DNA from: Candidatus Altiarchaeota archaeon
Lineage (GTDB): Archaea > Altiarchaeota > Altiarchaeia > IMC4 > SCGC-AAA252-I15
NCBI GenBank assembly: GCA_043800705.1
Contig: JAZDMS010000001.1
Span: forward strand, 1 to 64,000
Direction of reading: 5' to 3'
Length of the DNA: 64,000 bases
Positions 38,468 to 48,676 of the stretch are shown piece after piece. The notes beneath the pieces are model-generated. The model was not told the DNA's origin and did no database searches. It saw only the letters and a list, made by a program, of their open reading frames with translations. Position 1 is the stretch's first letter. Each line of letters begins with the position of its first letter. The position numbers and the translations under genes were made by a program.

Positions 38468-38749
38468 TTAATCAAGGAGGGTCTCTGAGAGTGCCAGGTC
38501 CCTGCCGCCCGTCAATTCCAGTGTGGGTTTGGCCTTGGCCAGGGGCGTATCCTTCACTATGGAACCTCATGCGCTCGTCAGCTCCTTGGCGTCTGCTAAA
38601 AGGAAACTATCATCTTTCACCCTCAATCCCCTGACACCCCTTCCAGAGCTACTTCCCGCTTCCGCCTCGACCTTCATAAGGGGGCTCTCTGGGGCCTTTA
38701 ATCCGTGAATAATGGGTTTCTTACTTTGCCGTACTATTCTTTATCTCAT
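38468..38749 (-). pseudogene. Possible decayed ORF
   Basis: ATG at 38749 to TAA at 38468 in one frame with two internal stops; no recognisable family. Confidence 0.25.
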
Positions 38750-38788
38750 GGTTCAAGGTTTTTAAGCAAATACCTCCCGATATAGCAT

Positions 38789-39229
38789 ATGAGGGCTGAA
38801 TATGTCATTATTGGCATATTGACTGTTTTTTGGTCCTCCCAGACGGTATGTGCTGATACCGTCACCATGGAGGTCTATATCCCGATGCCGTCATCTAATT
38901 CGACCACTACAACTTCATCTACCACCCTGGAGGAGCCGTCTTTCATTGGCGACGCCGTGGCGTCGGGTCCGTCTACGACCCTTCCGCTGCTCATCGTCAG
39001 ATCCGTCGATGGTTCCCCTACTACGCTCCCGAAGGGGCGGGTTGTCGAAGTAGTCGATTCACCCATCGTGGTATCCCAGGAGGAAATCCCCAAGATAGTT
39101 GCCTCTGCGGTCCAGGACACATCCCCAGAACCCGCCCTGTCCATAATTGAGGGCGGAGAACTGTCTGTCGAAACGGAGCCCGAAGGATTATACGATTGGA
39201 TTGTCGGTCTTTTCACAGGATGGTTTTAA
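38789..39229 (+). CDS. Secreted hypothetical protein, Ser/Thr-rich with C-terminal amphipathic tail
   Basis: Signal peptide ending VCA; ends GLYDWIVGLFTGWF. Confidence 0.65.
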   Translation: MRAEYVIIGILTVFWSSQTVCADTVTMEVYIPMPSSNSTTTTSSTTLEEPSFIGDAVASGPSTTLPLLIVRSVDGSPTTLPKGRVVEVVDSPIVVSQEEIPKIVASAVQDTSPEPALSIIEGGELSVETEPEGLYDWIVGLFTGWF

Positions 39230-39306
39230 TGCGCTCAGCAAACTTCGGTTAGATGGCGTGTGTAGAGCGGCGACCACTCGTCCATGTCGGAAACTCTACT
39301 GTTAGC

Positions 39307-40404
39307 TCAGCCGCTCTTCACATCCTTGCGCTGTGACAGCCTGTATCCTATCACCACGCTGCGATAGCCTGAAAGCTCCCTGTCGAGGTCGCGGTCCGAT
39401 GTATCGACCAGGAGTTGAGGTGTGGTGTTGAGCTTCACGGGCGTCGCCACGTAGATGACATTCTTTGCCCCGACCATCCTTATCACATGCGGGCTTATCT
39501 GCTGGGTGCCGCGGCCGAAGACGAATCCCTGCGCCCCAATGGGGGAGACGATGATCTTGGCCTTGGACTCCTTCTTCAGGAGCTCAACCAGCTCCCTCTC
39601 GCTTGCGTCCTTTACCAGCAGTCTGCCTTTCTTCACAACGTCTACTCCAAGGAGGGTCTTTTCGATTCCAAGCTGTTTGGCTATCGCCGCCGTCGTGGAG
39701 CCGGCACCAAGGATGTATGCAGAACCGTCCCTCATGAACTCCGAGGCGAAGACTGCGATTGAATACTTGGACTCCTCGTCGTCGACGGATGAAAATACCC
39801 TCTTCCCTGCCTGGATCAGCTCCTGCCTGAAGGGAGTCTTCACGTATCCGAACAGCCTCGTCCGAAGCTCGCCTGCCCTGTAGGCCTCCTCGTCCACGTC
39901 GATGACTTCGGCATCCCTTAGGGGCGCGCTGCCGTTAGCGTAGTCCAATACCAATTTTCCGCTCGCATGGGGGTTGACTGCGAACGCTCCGGAGTGCATC
40001 TTCACACCGGCGGGGATCCCGACGACTGGCACCTTATCTCCGACTGCCGAAAACACGTCTCTCAGGGTGCCGTCTCCTCCGGCAAAAAGTATGAGTTCAA
40101 CACCCCTTTCTATGAACCTGACGCAGGCGTTTTTCGTGTCCTTAGAGGAGGTTGACTGCCCGGTATCCAAGACGACCTCATACCTGAATCCTTCGAGAAG
40201 ACCAGAACCCATGCTTCCGGAGCATGTCAGAAAATCTAACGAATCACCCGCATCCCTCAACCCTTCAAGGCATTCGGCCGCCCTTATTGGGGATACCGGC
40301 TCTGCACCCCTCAGTTTCGCCTCATTTGCCTTCCCGTCGGTGCCTTTGAGGCCGACTCTGCCGCCGAGGCCTGCTATGGGATTGACGAGGAATCCGATTT
40401 TCAT
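39307..40404 (-). CDS. ATP-NAD kinase family protein
   Basis: NPIAGLGGRVGLKGTDG, GGDGT.RD, GIPAGVKMHS, QGFVFGRG.QQ. Confidence 0.9.
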   Translation of the reverse strand: MKIGFLVNPIAGLGGRVGLKGTDGKANEAKLRGAEPVSPIRAAECLEGLRDAGDSLDFLTCSGSMGSGLLEGFRYEVVLDTGQSTSSKDTKNACVRFIERGVELILFAGGDGTLRDVFSAVGDKVPVVGIPAGVKMHSGAFAVNPHASGKLVLDYANGSAPLRDAEVIDVDEEAYRAGELRTRLFGYVKTPFRQELIQAGKRVFSSVDDEESKYSIAVFASEFMRDGSAYILGAGSTTAAIAKQLGIEKTLLGVDVVKKGRLLVKDASERELVELLKKESKAKIIVSPIGAQGFVFGRGTQQISPHVIRMVGAKNVIYVATPVKLNTTPQLLVDTSDRDLDRELSGYRSVVIGYRLSQRKDVKSG

Positions 40405-40469
40405 GGCTAATTAATCGCATCCGACGGTAAAAACTATCAAGGATTTTGGTTCGCTCGGCATTTCACCTG

Positions 40470-40724
40470 TTATTCCTATGGTCCCCTGATTCTGCCTTTT
40501 TCGGTGTATTGTGTGGTGAGTCCATCTATTGTGACGTTATAGGGGATTGTCAACTTCAAAATGTATGTGTCCCCCGCGTTCGCTGAATCGGATCCGCTGG
40601 CGTCTATTCTGAAGTTGTCTCCCTGCGCCACCTTGGTTGGGGGTTCGACTATGGCGGTAGAGCAGTTTTTACCCTCGTTTGGGCCATTAATATTCTCGAC
40701 GGCTATGTCTTCGCCTATGGGGGT
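40470..40724 (-). pseudogene. 5'-truncated remnant resembling the C-terminus of an archaeal type IV pilin
   Basis: Start-less frame ...VAQGDNFRIDASG...GDTYILKLTIPYNVTIDGLTTQYTEKGRIRGP*E*; preceded by TGA TAA. Confidence 0.5.
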
Positions 40725-40736
40725 TTATCAAAACCA

Positions 40737-41456
40737 CTATCCCTTCACCAGGGATACGCCATCGTTTTCAGAAATCCGTATCGCCATGGGCTTCAGGGTG
40801 TGCCTTGTGCCGCGCATCTTCGCAATCCTTATTATCCTCAAGTCCAGGGACTCGTTGACGCTGAGGGATATTATCCCGTCAACGGAGAAATTGACGAATC
40901 CGTAGGGGTCGGGGACCTCATCGGAGTCTTCGCTGAGGAAATAGGTCGTGAAGCCGTTCTTTTTCAGGATGACGAGTATGTTCGAAAGCGCCCTCCTCAG
41001 TGCGTCGGTGTCCTTCTTGTCCGAGAGCTCCGACAGGTCGAAGAATTCCGAGCTGAACGTCTGCAGTCCGTCCAATACCAGGCGCTTGATGCCCTGCGAT
41101 TTGAACTCGGGGATCATCTTCTCGATGTAGGATGTAGAATTCGCCCTCTCCTCCGACTTCCCCCGTGTATTGTGGGGGCTGAAGTCTATCACCTGGATCG
41201 TCCCCCCGTTGACGAAGGAATCGAGGTCAGGGAAGAATATCTTCCCGAAGAAGACCAGTTGGCCGCTTGACTCCTCAAAAGTTAGGAATGCGCCCTTCTC
41301 CCCCATGCGTGCGCCTTCCACGAGGAACTGGAGGGCTACCGTCGTCTTCCCCGTCCCGGCCTTGCCTTTGACGAGGACGTTGGTCCCCTCATAGAGGCCG
41401 CCGCCGAGCATGGCGTCGAAATCCCTGATCCCAGTGGAAACCTTCGGGTCCGCCAT
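40737..41456 (-). CDS. KaiC/RAD55-like RecA-family ATPase
   Basis: STGIRDFD.MLGGG, GKAGTGKT, LVLDG, KMRGT.H. Confidence 0.92.
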   Translation of the reverse strand: MADPKVSTGIRDFDAMLGGGLYEGTNVLVKGKAGTGKTTVALQFLVEGARMGEKGAFLTFEESSGQLVFFGKIFFPDLDSFVNGGTIQVIDFSPHNTRGKSEERANSTSYIEKMIPEFKSQGIKRLVLDGLQTFSSEFFDLSELSDKKDTDALRRALSNILVILKKNGFTTYFLSEDSDEVPDPYGFVNFSVDGIISLSVNESLDLRIIRIAKMRGTRHTLKPMAIRISENDGVSLVKG

Positions 41457-41507
41457 CGTCTAATGTATTTGTGCGACAGGTATAAAAGAGAAAGTGAGGC
41501 GTTGTCT

Positions 41508-42872
41508 CTACCTCACCTTTGGCAGCTTTTGCAGGCTCTGTCTCACAAGTTCAGCGGGATACTCGAAGTCGACGAGCTTGCCTTGTAGGTACTGGTCGTA
41601 GGCTGCCATGTCGAAGTTGCCGTGCCCGCTCAGGTTGAAGGCTATGACCTTCTCTTCCCCGGATTTCACGCACTTCCTCGCCTCGTCGATCGCGGCCTTC
41701 ACCGCGTGCGATGATTCGGGGGCTACGATTATCCCCTCCGTCTCTGCGAACATCATGGCTGCGACGAATACCTCCCTCTGGTGGTATGCCCTGGCTTCTA
41801 TGACCTTCTCGTTAGCGAGGAGGCTGACCTGCGGCGCCATGCCGTGGTACCTCAGTCCGCCGGCGTGTATGGCCTCGGGTATGAAGTCGTGGCCCAGCGT
41901 GTACATCCTCACGACCGGGGCCATCTTCGCAGTGTCTCCGAAGTCGTACTCGTACATGCCCTTCGTCAGGCTCGGGCACGCCATCGGCTCGACGGCTATC
42001 GCCCTCAGGTCCTTGTTCTTTCCGGTGAGCTTGTCCTGCAGGAACGGGAACGACATCCCCGCGAAGTTGCTGCCGCCGCCGACGCATCCGATGATTATGT
42101 CGGCCTTCTTCTCGCCCGCCTTCTTCAGCTGCTCCTTCGCTTCGATGCCTATCACGCTCTGGTGGAGGCAGACGTGGTTCAAGACGCTTCCAAGGCTGTA
42201 GTGCGTGTTCTCATGCTTCATCGCATCCTCGACGGCCTCGCTTATTGCGATTCCGAGGCTTCCCGAGCATTTCGGGTCCCTCTTCAATATGGTCTTTCCC
42301 GCGTCGGTTAGGGTGCTCGGGCTCGGCACAACCTTCGCTCCCCAGGTCTCCATCATGATCCTCCTGTAAGGCTTTGCTTCGAAGCTGCATTTGACCATAT
42401 ACACCATGCATTCCAGGTCGAAGAGCTTGCATGCGAAAGATAACGCAGAACCCCACTGGCCGGCTCCGGTTTCCGTCGCCAGCCGCTCGATGCCCTCCTT
42501 CATGTTGTAGTATGCTTGTGCTACGGCCGTGTTCGGCTTGTGGCTGCCTGCCGGGGAAACTCCTTCGTATTTGTAGTAGATGTGTGCCGGGGTCTTGAGC
42601 TTCTCCTCGAGCCTCCTTGCGCGATAAAGGGGGCTTGGCCTCCATAGCCTGTATATGTCCCTGACCTCGGAGGGTATGTCGATGTATCGGTCTGCGCTGA
42701 CCTCCTGCTTGATGAGCTCCATCGGGAACAAGGGCGCAAGGTCCTGCGGCCCGAGAGGCTTCATCGTGAGCGGGTGCAGCGGCGGGTCGAGGGGTCTTGG
42801 CAGGTCTGCGTTGATGTTGTACCACTTCTTCGGTATCTCGTTCTCGTCCAGCAGGAATTTGACTTGGTCCAT
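41508..42872 (-). CDS. trpB2: TrpB2-type tryptophan synthase beta subunit
   Basis: [42 protein letters not shown]. Confidence 0.95.
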   Translation of the reverse strand: MDQVKFLLDENEIPKKWYNINADLPRPLDPPLHPLTMKPLGPQDLAPLFPMELIKQEVSADRYIDIPSEVRDIYRLWRPSPLYRARRLEEKLKTPAHIYYKYEGVSPAGSHKPNTAVAQAYYNMKEGIERLATETGAGQWGSALSFACKLFDLECMVYMVKCSFEAKPYRRIMMETWGAKVVPSPSTLTDAGKTILKRDPKCSGSLGIAISEAVEDAMKHENTHYSLGSVLNHVCLHQSVIGIEAKEQLKKAGEKKADIIIGCVGGGSNFAGMSFPFLQDKLTGKNKDLRAIAVEPMACPSLTKGMYEYDFGDTAKMAPVVRMYTLGHDFIPEAIHAGGLRYHGMAPQVSLLANEKVIEARAYHQREVFVAAMMFAETEGIIVAPESSHAVKAAIDEARKCVKSGEEKVIAFNLSGHGNFDMAAYDQYLQGKLVDFEYPAELVRQSLQKLPKVR

Positions 42873-42873
42873 G

Positions 42874-42927
42874 AGTACAAAAATGGGAAAAACACAATAA
42901 AAATGCAAAAATGCACAAAAATATACA
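42874..42927. promoter_or_regulatory. TRP-box-like operator upstream of trpB2
   Basis: TGCACA-aaaa-TATACA (42912-42927); AGTACA-aaaa at 42874. Confidence 0.55.
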
Positions 42928-42969
42928 TTGCGTTGCGGGGCTTTATTCTCCATCGTTTTAATTATTTTA

Positions 42970-43761
42970 ATGCTCTATTCCCATTCACGGATCGGCTGCT
43001 TCGAGGATTGTCCGCGCTGCTTCAGATACCGTTACATAGACAAGATCCCTATCGAGTACTTCGAGACCGTCGAGCAGTTCATGGGCTCCCGCGTGCACGA
43101 GTCGCTGGAGAAACTCTACAAGGATGTGATGTCCGGCGGGCAGCCGAAGAGGGACGAGCTCATAGGCCACTATACCGATCTCTGGTCCGCGCAGATGAAT
43201 GACGGGGTCTTCGTAAACTCGGAGGATCTCGTGCACCTGGACTATCAGCTGATCGGCCAACAGTGCCTCACCGGTTACTTCGAACGGCACCATCCGTTCG
43301 ATGCCGCGAAAGTCCTCGCATGCGAGCTGAGGGTCGAAGTCGACCTCAGGGACGACGGGAACTACCGGCTCATCGGCTACATCGACAGGGTCGACCGCCG
43401 CGACGGGACCTATGAGATACACGACTACAAGACCTCTTCGCGGCTCCCCGGCCAGGCGAGCGCCGACAGGGACAGGCAGCTTGCAATCTACGAGATGGGC
43501 CTCAGGCAGAAGTGCCCCTCTGCCTCCGGTTTCGAGTACTGCTGGCATTACCTGCGCCACGGAAAGGAGCTCCGATCAAAGAGGACCGAGGCCGACCTCG
43601 AGCGGCACAAGAAGGACATAATCAAGTCGATCCACAGGATAGAGGAGGCCATAGTCGAAGACTGGTTCCCCGCAGTCAGGACGCCGAAGTGCGCCTGGTG
43701 CGAATACCAGAATGTCTGCCCTGAGAAAGCCGCGACCAGGCAGACGAAGCTCCAGGGCTGA
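42970..43761 (+). CDS. PD-(D/E)XK nuclease, RecB/Cas4-like with 4-Cys Fe-S staple
   Basis: [40 protein letters not shown]. Confidence 0.9.
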   Translation: MLYSHSRIGCFEDCPRCFRYRYIDKIPIEYFETVEQFMGSRVHESLEKLYKDVMSGGQPKRDELIGHYTDLWSAQMNDGVFVNSEDLVHLDYQLIGQQCLTGYFERHHPFDAAKVLACELRVEVDLRDDGNYRLIGYIDRVDRRDGTYEIHDYKTSSRLPGQASADRDRQLAIYEMGLRQKCPSASGFEYCWHYLRHGKELRSKRTEADLERHKKDIIKSIHRIEEAIVEDWFPAVRTPKCAWCEYQNVCPEKAATRQTKLQG

Positions 43762-43771
43762 CAGGCAACCG

Positions 43772-44533
43772 CTACCGTGTCGCATCCTTCAGAGCCCCGA
43801 TGTACTCGGACACGCACCGGCCCTCTCCGACGAGCCTTACGATCCCGCTGCCGACGATCGCGGCATCCGCGCCGAACGAGATGACCTGTCTGACATGTTC
43901 CGGTGTGCTGATTCCGAAGCCGACCCCTAGCGGCAGTTTCGTCTTCTTCCTTACTCTTGCGATGAGGCCCTTCAGCTTCGGGGAAAGCTCGTCCCTCGCC
44001 CCGGTAGTGCCTAAAAGCGCTACGATGTAGATGAATCCCGACGCGGCCTTCATGATGCGGGTGAGCCTCTTGTCGGGCGTCGTCTCGGCTACGAGGAAAA
44101 TGAGGTCCACATCGTTCCTCCTCAGATGGGTCAATAGCGGCTTCGCCTCCTCTAGGGGTAAGTCTGGGATTATGAGGCCGTCTATTCCCGATTCTGCGCA
44201 TGCCTTTGCGAACCTCTCGAGGCCGTACTGAAGGGCCAGGTTGTAATATGTGAGGCAGACGAGGGGGGTATCGTACCTCTCATCCACCCTCTTCGCCAGT
44301 TCGAAATACCTGTCTGTGTTCATCCCCGCATTCAGGGCCCTCATCCCCGCCTCCTGTATGGTCTTCCCGTCCGCGACCGGGTCGCTGAACGGGAGGCCCA
44401 GCTCCAGGACGTCGGCTCCAGCCTCTATGGCTTCGCAGGCGGTCTCGAACGACTCATCGAGTGTCGGGTCCCCTGCGACGATGAATGCGATCAGCTTTTT
44501 TCCGCCCGTCAGCCTTTTCTCAAGGGTGTTCAC
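43772..44533 (-). CDS. trpA: Tryptophan synthase alpha
   Basis: [26 protein letters not shown]. Confidence 0.97.
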   Translation of the reverse strand: MNTLEKRLTGGKKLIAFIVAGDPTLDESFETACEAIEAGADVLELGLPFSDPVADGKTIQEAGMRALNAGMNTDRYFELAKRVDERYDTPLVCLTYYNLALQYGLERFAKACAESGIDGLIIPDLPLEEAKPLLTHLRRNDVDLIFLVAETTPDKRLTRIMKAASGFIYIVALLGTTGARDELSPKLKGLIARVRKKTKLPLGVGFGISTPEHVRQVISFGADAAIVGSGIVRLVGEGRCVSEYIGALKDATR

Positions 44534-45699
44534 AATTTCACCCCCAGGTAGTCTCCGATGGTGTGGACGTCCTTGTCCCCCCTGCCGGATATCGTGACTA
44601 CGATAATTCCCTTCCGCATACCCTTCGCCATCTTCAGAGCGTGTGCGACCGCATGCGCGCTCTCAAGCGCGGGAAGTATCCCCTCGGATTCGCACAGCTT
44701 CCTCACCGCATCCACCGCCTCCTTGTCCGTGGCGGACACGTTCTGAAGCCTTCCGGTCTCCTTCAGGTGCGCAAGCTGCGGACCGACTCCTGGATAGTCC
44801 AGCCCAGCGGATATGCTGTGGGAGACCTGTATCTGGCCGTATCTGTCCTGTAGGAGCTTCGTATGCATTCCGTGCAGTACGCCGTCGGAGCCCTTAGCCA
44901 AGGTGGCGCCGTGCTTCGGAGTGGACAAGCCCTCTCCAGCCGCCTCGACGCCCACAAGCATCGTCTTCGTCCCTATGAAGTCGTAGAATGAACCCATAGC
45001 GTTCGAGCCTCCCCCGACGCATGCGACGATCGCGTCCGGCAGCCTCCCCTCGTTTGCCATGATCTGCCTCTTCGTCTCCATGCCGATCACCCTCTGAAAA
45101 TCCCTGACGATCGTAGGATACGGGTGAGGCCCTACGACGGAACCTATGCAGTAGTATGTGTCTTCGACGTTCGTGAGCCAGTCCCTCATCGCCTCGTTCG
45201 TGGCGTCCTTCAGCGTCTTCGAACCCGACTCCGATGGTATGACTTTTGCGCCCATAAGCTCCATCCTGAAGACGTTGAGCCTCTGCCTCCTCATGTCCTC
45301 AGTCCCCATGTGGACCTCGCACTTGAGTCCCAAAGCCGCGCATGCGATCGCGGTGGCGACGCCGTGCTGGCCCGCTCCCGTCTCGGCGATGACCCTCCCC
45401 TTTCCCATCCTCTTCGCCAGGAGGACCTGGCCGAGGGTGTTGTTCAATTTATGCGCCCCGCCGTGGACGAGGTCTTCCCTCTTCAGGTAGAATTTCACGC
45501 CGTATTCCCTGCCGAGGTTGGCTGCAAGATAGAGGGGGGTCGGCCGGCCTGCGAACTCCCGAAGCAGGTATCGGAGCTCCTTCTTGAACTTCAGGTCTTT
45601 TCCGTATTTTCTGTAGGCCGCATCCAACTCCTCCAAGGCGGGCATGAGCGTCTCGGGCGAGAACTGCCCCCCGTACCTTCCGAACCTTCCTATAGGCAT
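44530..45699 (-). CDS. trpB: Tryptophan synthase beta
   Basis: [39 protein letters not shown]. Confidence 0.97.
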   Translation of the reverse strand: MPIGRFGRYGGQFSPETLMPALEELDAAYRKYGKDLKFKKELRYLLREFAGRPTPLYLAANLGREYGVKFYLKREDLVHGGAHKLNNTLGQVLLAKRMGKGRVIAETGAGQHGVATAIACAALGLKCEVHMGTEDMRRQRLNVFRMELMGAKVIPSESGSKTLKDATNEAMRDWLTNVEDTYYCIGSVVGPHPYPTIVRDFQRVIGMETKRQIMANEGRLPDAIVACVGGGSNAMGSFYDFIGTKTMLVGVEAAGEGLSTPKHGATLAKGSDGVLHGMHTKLLQDRYGQIQVSHSISAGLDYPGVGPQLAHLKETGRLQNVSATDKEAVDAVRKLCESEGILPALESAHAVAHALKMAKGMRKGIIVVTISGRGDKDVHTIGDYLGVKL

Positions 45700-46331
45700 C
45701 GTGTCACCTCGATTAATTCTTTGACCTTCCGGGAGTCCTTCACGCCAGGGCTTGATTCCACACCTGATGAGACATCGACCGCATATGGGCGCACGAGCTT
45801 AGCCGCAGCCATTACATTGCCAGGATTGAGCCCTCCTGAGAGCATGATCCTCTTGCCTGTCCTGGCCTTTATCTCCAGGTCCGATTCGCGGTCGTGTGTC
45901 CTGCCAGTCCCTCCGACATTGGCTCCGACCTTGGTGTCCAGAAGTAGGATATCCGCGTACTCGGCAACGGACTCAACATATCCCATGTCGGTGCATCCGT
46001 CGATGTGTATCGCCTTTATTATCTGGCAGTCGACATTGTCCCTGAGTTCCGAGAGGAACTCCGGCGACTCGAAGCCGTGCAGCTGGATCCCGTCCGGCTC
46101 TAGCCTCCTGCAGATGTCCACGGCTTCGTCGACAGTCTTCGGCATCGTCACGGCGATGAATTCTCGGCCGAAACCGGCAATGGAGGCCTTGATATGCAGG
46201 GCCTTCTCGGCAGTTATTTTCCTCGGGCTCTCCACTGGAACGTCCACTATGACGCCTATTGAGTGCGCTCCTGATACCAGGCACAATATCGCATCCTTCG
46301 CGGATGTTATCCCGCAGATCTTTACTTTCAT
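45690..46331 (-). CDS. trpF: Phosphoribosylanthranilate isomerase
   Basis: [31 protein letters not shown]. Confidence 0.96.
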   Translation of the reverse strand: MKVKICGITSAKDAILCLVSGAHSIGVIVDVPVESPRKITAEKALHIKASIAGFGREFIAVTMPKTVDEAVDICRRLEPDGIQLHGFESPEFLSELRDNVDCQIIKAIHIDGCTDMGYVESVAEYADILLLDTKVGANVGGTGRTHDRESDLEIKARTGKRIMLSGGLNPGNVMAAAKLVRPYAVDVSSGVESSPGVKDSRKVKELIEVTRCL

Positions 46332-47083
46332 CGCATAAGCTCCCCCAGCTTTTCGGCGATATTGTGCGACCTCATCAGCGACGATCCGATGAGCACCGCA
46401 TCAGCCCCCGCATCCTCCATCCTCCTGACGTCATGCCTCGTCTTAATCCCGCTTTCCGCGACAAGGAGCATGTCTTTTGGGACCTTCGGCGCAATGGCCT
46501 CGAAAGTCCCGAGGTCGACATTAAGCGTCTTCAGGTCCCTGTTGTTGACGCCTAACAGGTTCGATCCCGACTCGAGGGCGTATTCCAGCTCCGAGCCGTC
46601 GTGAACCTCCACGAGGCACTCTAGGCCTAGATTCCTGGCGAAATCGACGAATTCCGGGGTCTTCTCCTTCAGGAGGGCGACTATCAGGAGGATCGCATCG
46701 GCGCCAAAGAAAATAGCCTCCTCGATTTGTCGTACGCTGACTATGAAATCCTTCCTCAGGACAGGTATGCCTGCAACGTCCTTCACAGCGGACAGATCCT
46801 CCAGGCTGCCTCCGAAATGAGGCCCCTCCGTGAGGACGGAGATTGCAGAAGCGCCGGCAGCCTCGTATTCCCTGGCGACACTGACGGAGTCGGCTTCGCT
46901 GAGGACACCCTCGGCGGGGCTCTTCCTCTTGAACTCGCATATGAACGACATTCCCGGCTTTCCGAGAGCCTCGGCAAGGCTCAATCTCCTCCTGAAAACC
47001 ATGGGTGATCCCCCGGCGCTCGAGGCTCGCGCGAACGAAGCCTCACGCGCCCCCGAAGATGCGATCTCTTGCAGGAAATCCAT
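46328..47083 (-). CDS. trpC: Indole-3-glycerol phosphate synthase
   Basis: EFKRKSP, ISVLTE, LRKDF, GVNNRDL, AESGI. Confidence 0.96.
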   Translation of the reverse strand: MDFLQEIASSGAREASFARASSAGGSPMVFRRRLSLAEALGKPGMSFICEFKRKSPAEGVLSEADSVSVAREYEAAGASAISVLTEGPHFGGSLEDLSAVKDVAGIPVLRKDFIVSVRQIEEAIFFGADAILLIVALLKEKTPEFVDFARNLGLECLVEVHDGSELEYALESGSNLLGVNNRDLKTLNVDLGTFEAIAPKVPKDMLLVAESGIKTRHDVRRMEDAGADAVLIGSSLMRSHNIAEKLGELMR

Positions 47084-47084
47084 G

Positions 47085-48098
47085 TCAACCCCTCGTATAT
47101 GCTATGAATTCGTCTAATTTGTCCGATGCACCACCCGAGTCTATCACCTTGCCCGCGATCTCGCAGGCGGATTGCAGGTCGTCGACCACGCCGCCGACGG
47201 CCAAGCCGGCAGCCGCATTCAAGACGACAATATCTCTCTTCGCCCCCTTGATCTCACCGCTGAAGACCCCCCTGATGATTTTCGCATTATCCCCCGCGTC
47301 GCCGCCTTTCAGGTCCTCGAGCCGTGCCTTGTCGAATCCGAGGGTCGCGGAGCCGAAGACATAATTCCTGACGGTGCCGCCGTTCAGTTCGCTGACTTTG
47401 GTGGGGCCGATCGTGGAGAACTCGTCGAGGCCTGGGTGTCCGTTGACGACGAACGCCCTCCTGAGCCCGAGGAGCCTGAAGACTTCCGCCAGCCTCTCCG
47501 TCAGCGACGGGTCATAGACCCCCATTATCTGCGCCTTCGCGCCTGCGGGATTCGTCAACGGGCCGAGGATGTTGAAGACAGTCCTGATGCCAAGCTGCTT
47601 CCTGACGGGCATCACATGCTTCATCGCAGGATGATGCGCCGGCGCGAACATGAAACCGATGCCGACCTCTTCGATGCATGATTCGATCCTCTCCGGCCTC
47701 AGGTCTATCCTGGCGCCGAGCGCCTCCAGGACATCCGCGCTCCCGCACTTTGAAGTGAAGCTCCTGTTGCCGTGTTTTGCCACCGGGACGCCTCCGGCCG
47801 CGACCACGAAGGATGCTGCAGTGGAGATGTTGAACGTCCCGCTCCCGTCCCCTCCCGTCCCGCACATGTCGACGAGTATCCCGCTGACCTTCGGGCGGAT
47901 CTTGACGGCGTACTCCCTCATGACCTTCGCCATCGCGGCGATCTCCCCCGGGCTTTCGCCCTTCATCTTCAATGCGACCAGGAACGCTGCGACGTCCACT
48001 TCCGCAGCCGTACCGCTCATCATCGCCTTCATCGCATCTTCGGCCTCATTCGGGCTCAGGTCGATCATCTCGGTAAGTTTCTGCAATCCGTCCATCAT
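47085..48098 (-). CDS. trpD: Anthranilate phosphoribosyltransferase
   Basis: CGTGGDG..TFNIST, KHGNR, GSADVLE, FNILGPL.NP. Confidence 0.97.
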   Translation of the reverse strand: MMDGLQKLTEMIDLSPNEAEDAMKAMMSGTAAEVDVAAFLVALKMKGESPGEIAAMAKVMREYAVKIRPKVSGILVDMCGTGGDGSGTFNISTAASFVVAAGGVPVAKHGNRSFTSKCGSADVLEALGARIDLRPERIESCIEEVGIGFMFAPAHHPAMKHVMPVRKQLGIRTVFNILGPLTNPAGAKAQIMGVYDPSLTERLAEVFRLLGLRRAFVVNGHPGLDEFSTIGPTKVSELNGGTVRNYVFGSATLGFDKARLEDLKGGDAGDNAKIIRGVFSGEIKGAKRDIVVLNAAAGLAVGGVVDDLQSACEIAGKVIDSGGASDKLDEFIAYTRG

Positions 48099-48676
48099 TT
48101 TTTCCCCTCCAGAAAATTTCCTATTATCCTCATCCCATCCCTCGTCAGAATGGATTCGGGATGGAACTGCACCCCGAACACCGGGTATTTCACATGCTCC
48201 AAGGCCATGATCTCCCTGTCGTCGTCCTGAGTCCTGGCAGTCACCCTGAGCTCATTCGGCAGCCCCTCGTCGAATACCGCAAGCGAATGGTATCGTGTGG
48301 CCTCAAAGGGATTTGGAAGACCCCTTAGGACTCCGGCCCCGTCATGTTCGATCCTGCTTGTCTTCCCGTGCATCTGCCTCTTCGCATGGCCGACCCTACC
48401 CCCGAAGACATACGCTATGCACTGGTGGCCGAGGCAGACGCCCAGTGTCGGGATGGACGGACCATATTCCCTGATCGCGTAATTGCTGACTCCTGCGTCC
48501 TGCGGCCTCTTCGGGCCCGGGGATATTATCATCCTGTCGGCGTCTGACGCCGCCCTGTCCAAATCGTCCTCCGATGCGGAGTTCATTATAACGGACGGAT
48601 TGCCGCCCAAAATCCCCACATACTGGACGAGGTTGTATGTGAAACTGTCGATGTTATCTACGACCAAAGTCCTCAT
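48095..48676 (-). CDS. trpG: Anthranilate synthase component II
   Basis: DNIDSFTYNL, ISPGP, GVCLGHQ, TRYHSL, QFHPES. Confidence 0.96.
   Translation of the reverse strand: MRTLVVDNIDSFTYNLVQYVGILGGNPSVIMNSASEDDLDRAASDADRMIISPGPKRPQDAGVSNYAIREYGPSIPTLGVCLGHQCIAYVFGGRVGHAKRQMHGKTSRIEHDGAGVLRGLPNPFEATRYHSLAVFDEGLPNELRVTARTQDDDREIMALEHVKYPVFGVQFHPESILTRDGMRIIGNFLEGKK

Noticed and set aside
38576-38582. In-frame TGA as selenocysteine in the decayed ORF
   Set aside because: The frame also contains a TAA, there is no redox motif context and no recognisable SECIS
42970-43761. CRISPR-Cas locus
   Set aside because: No array or other cas genes in the window
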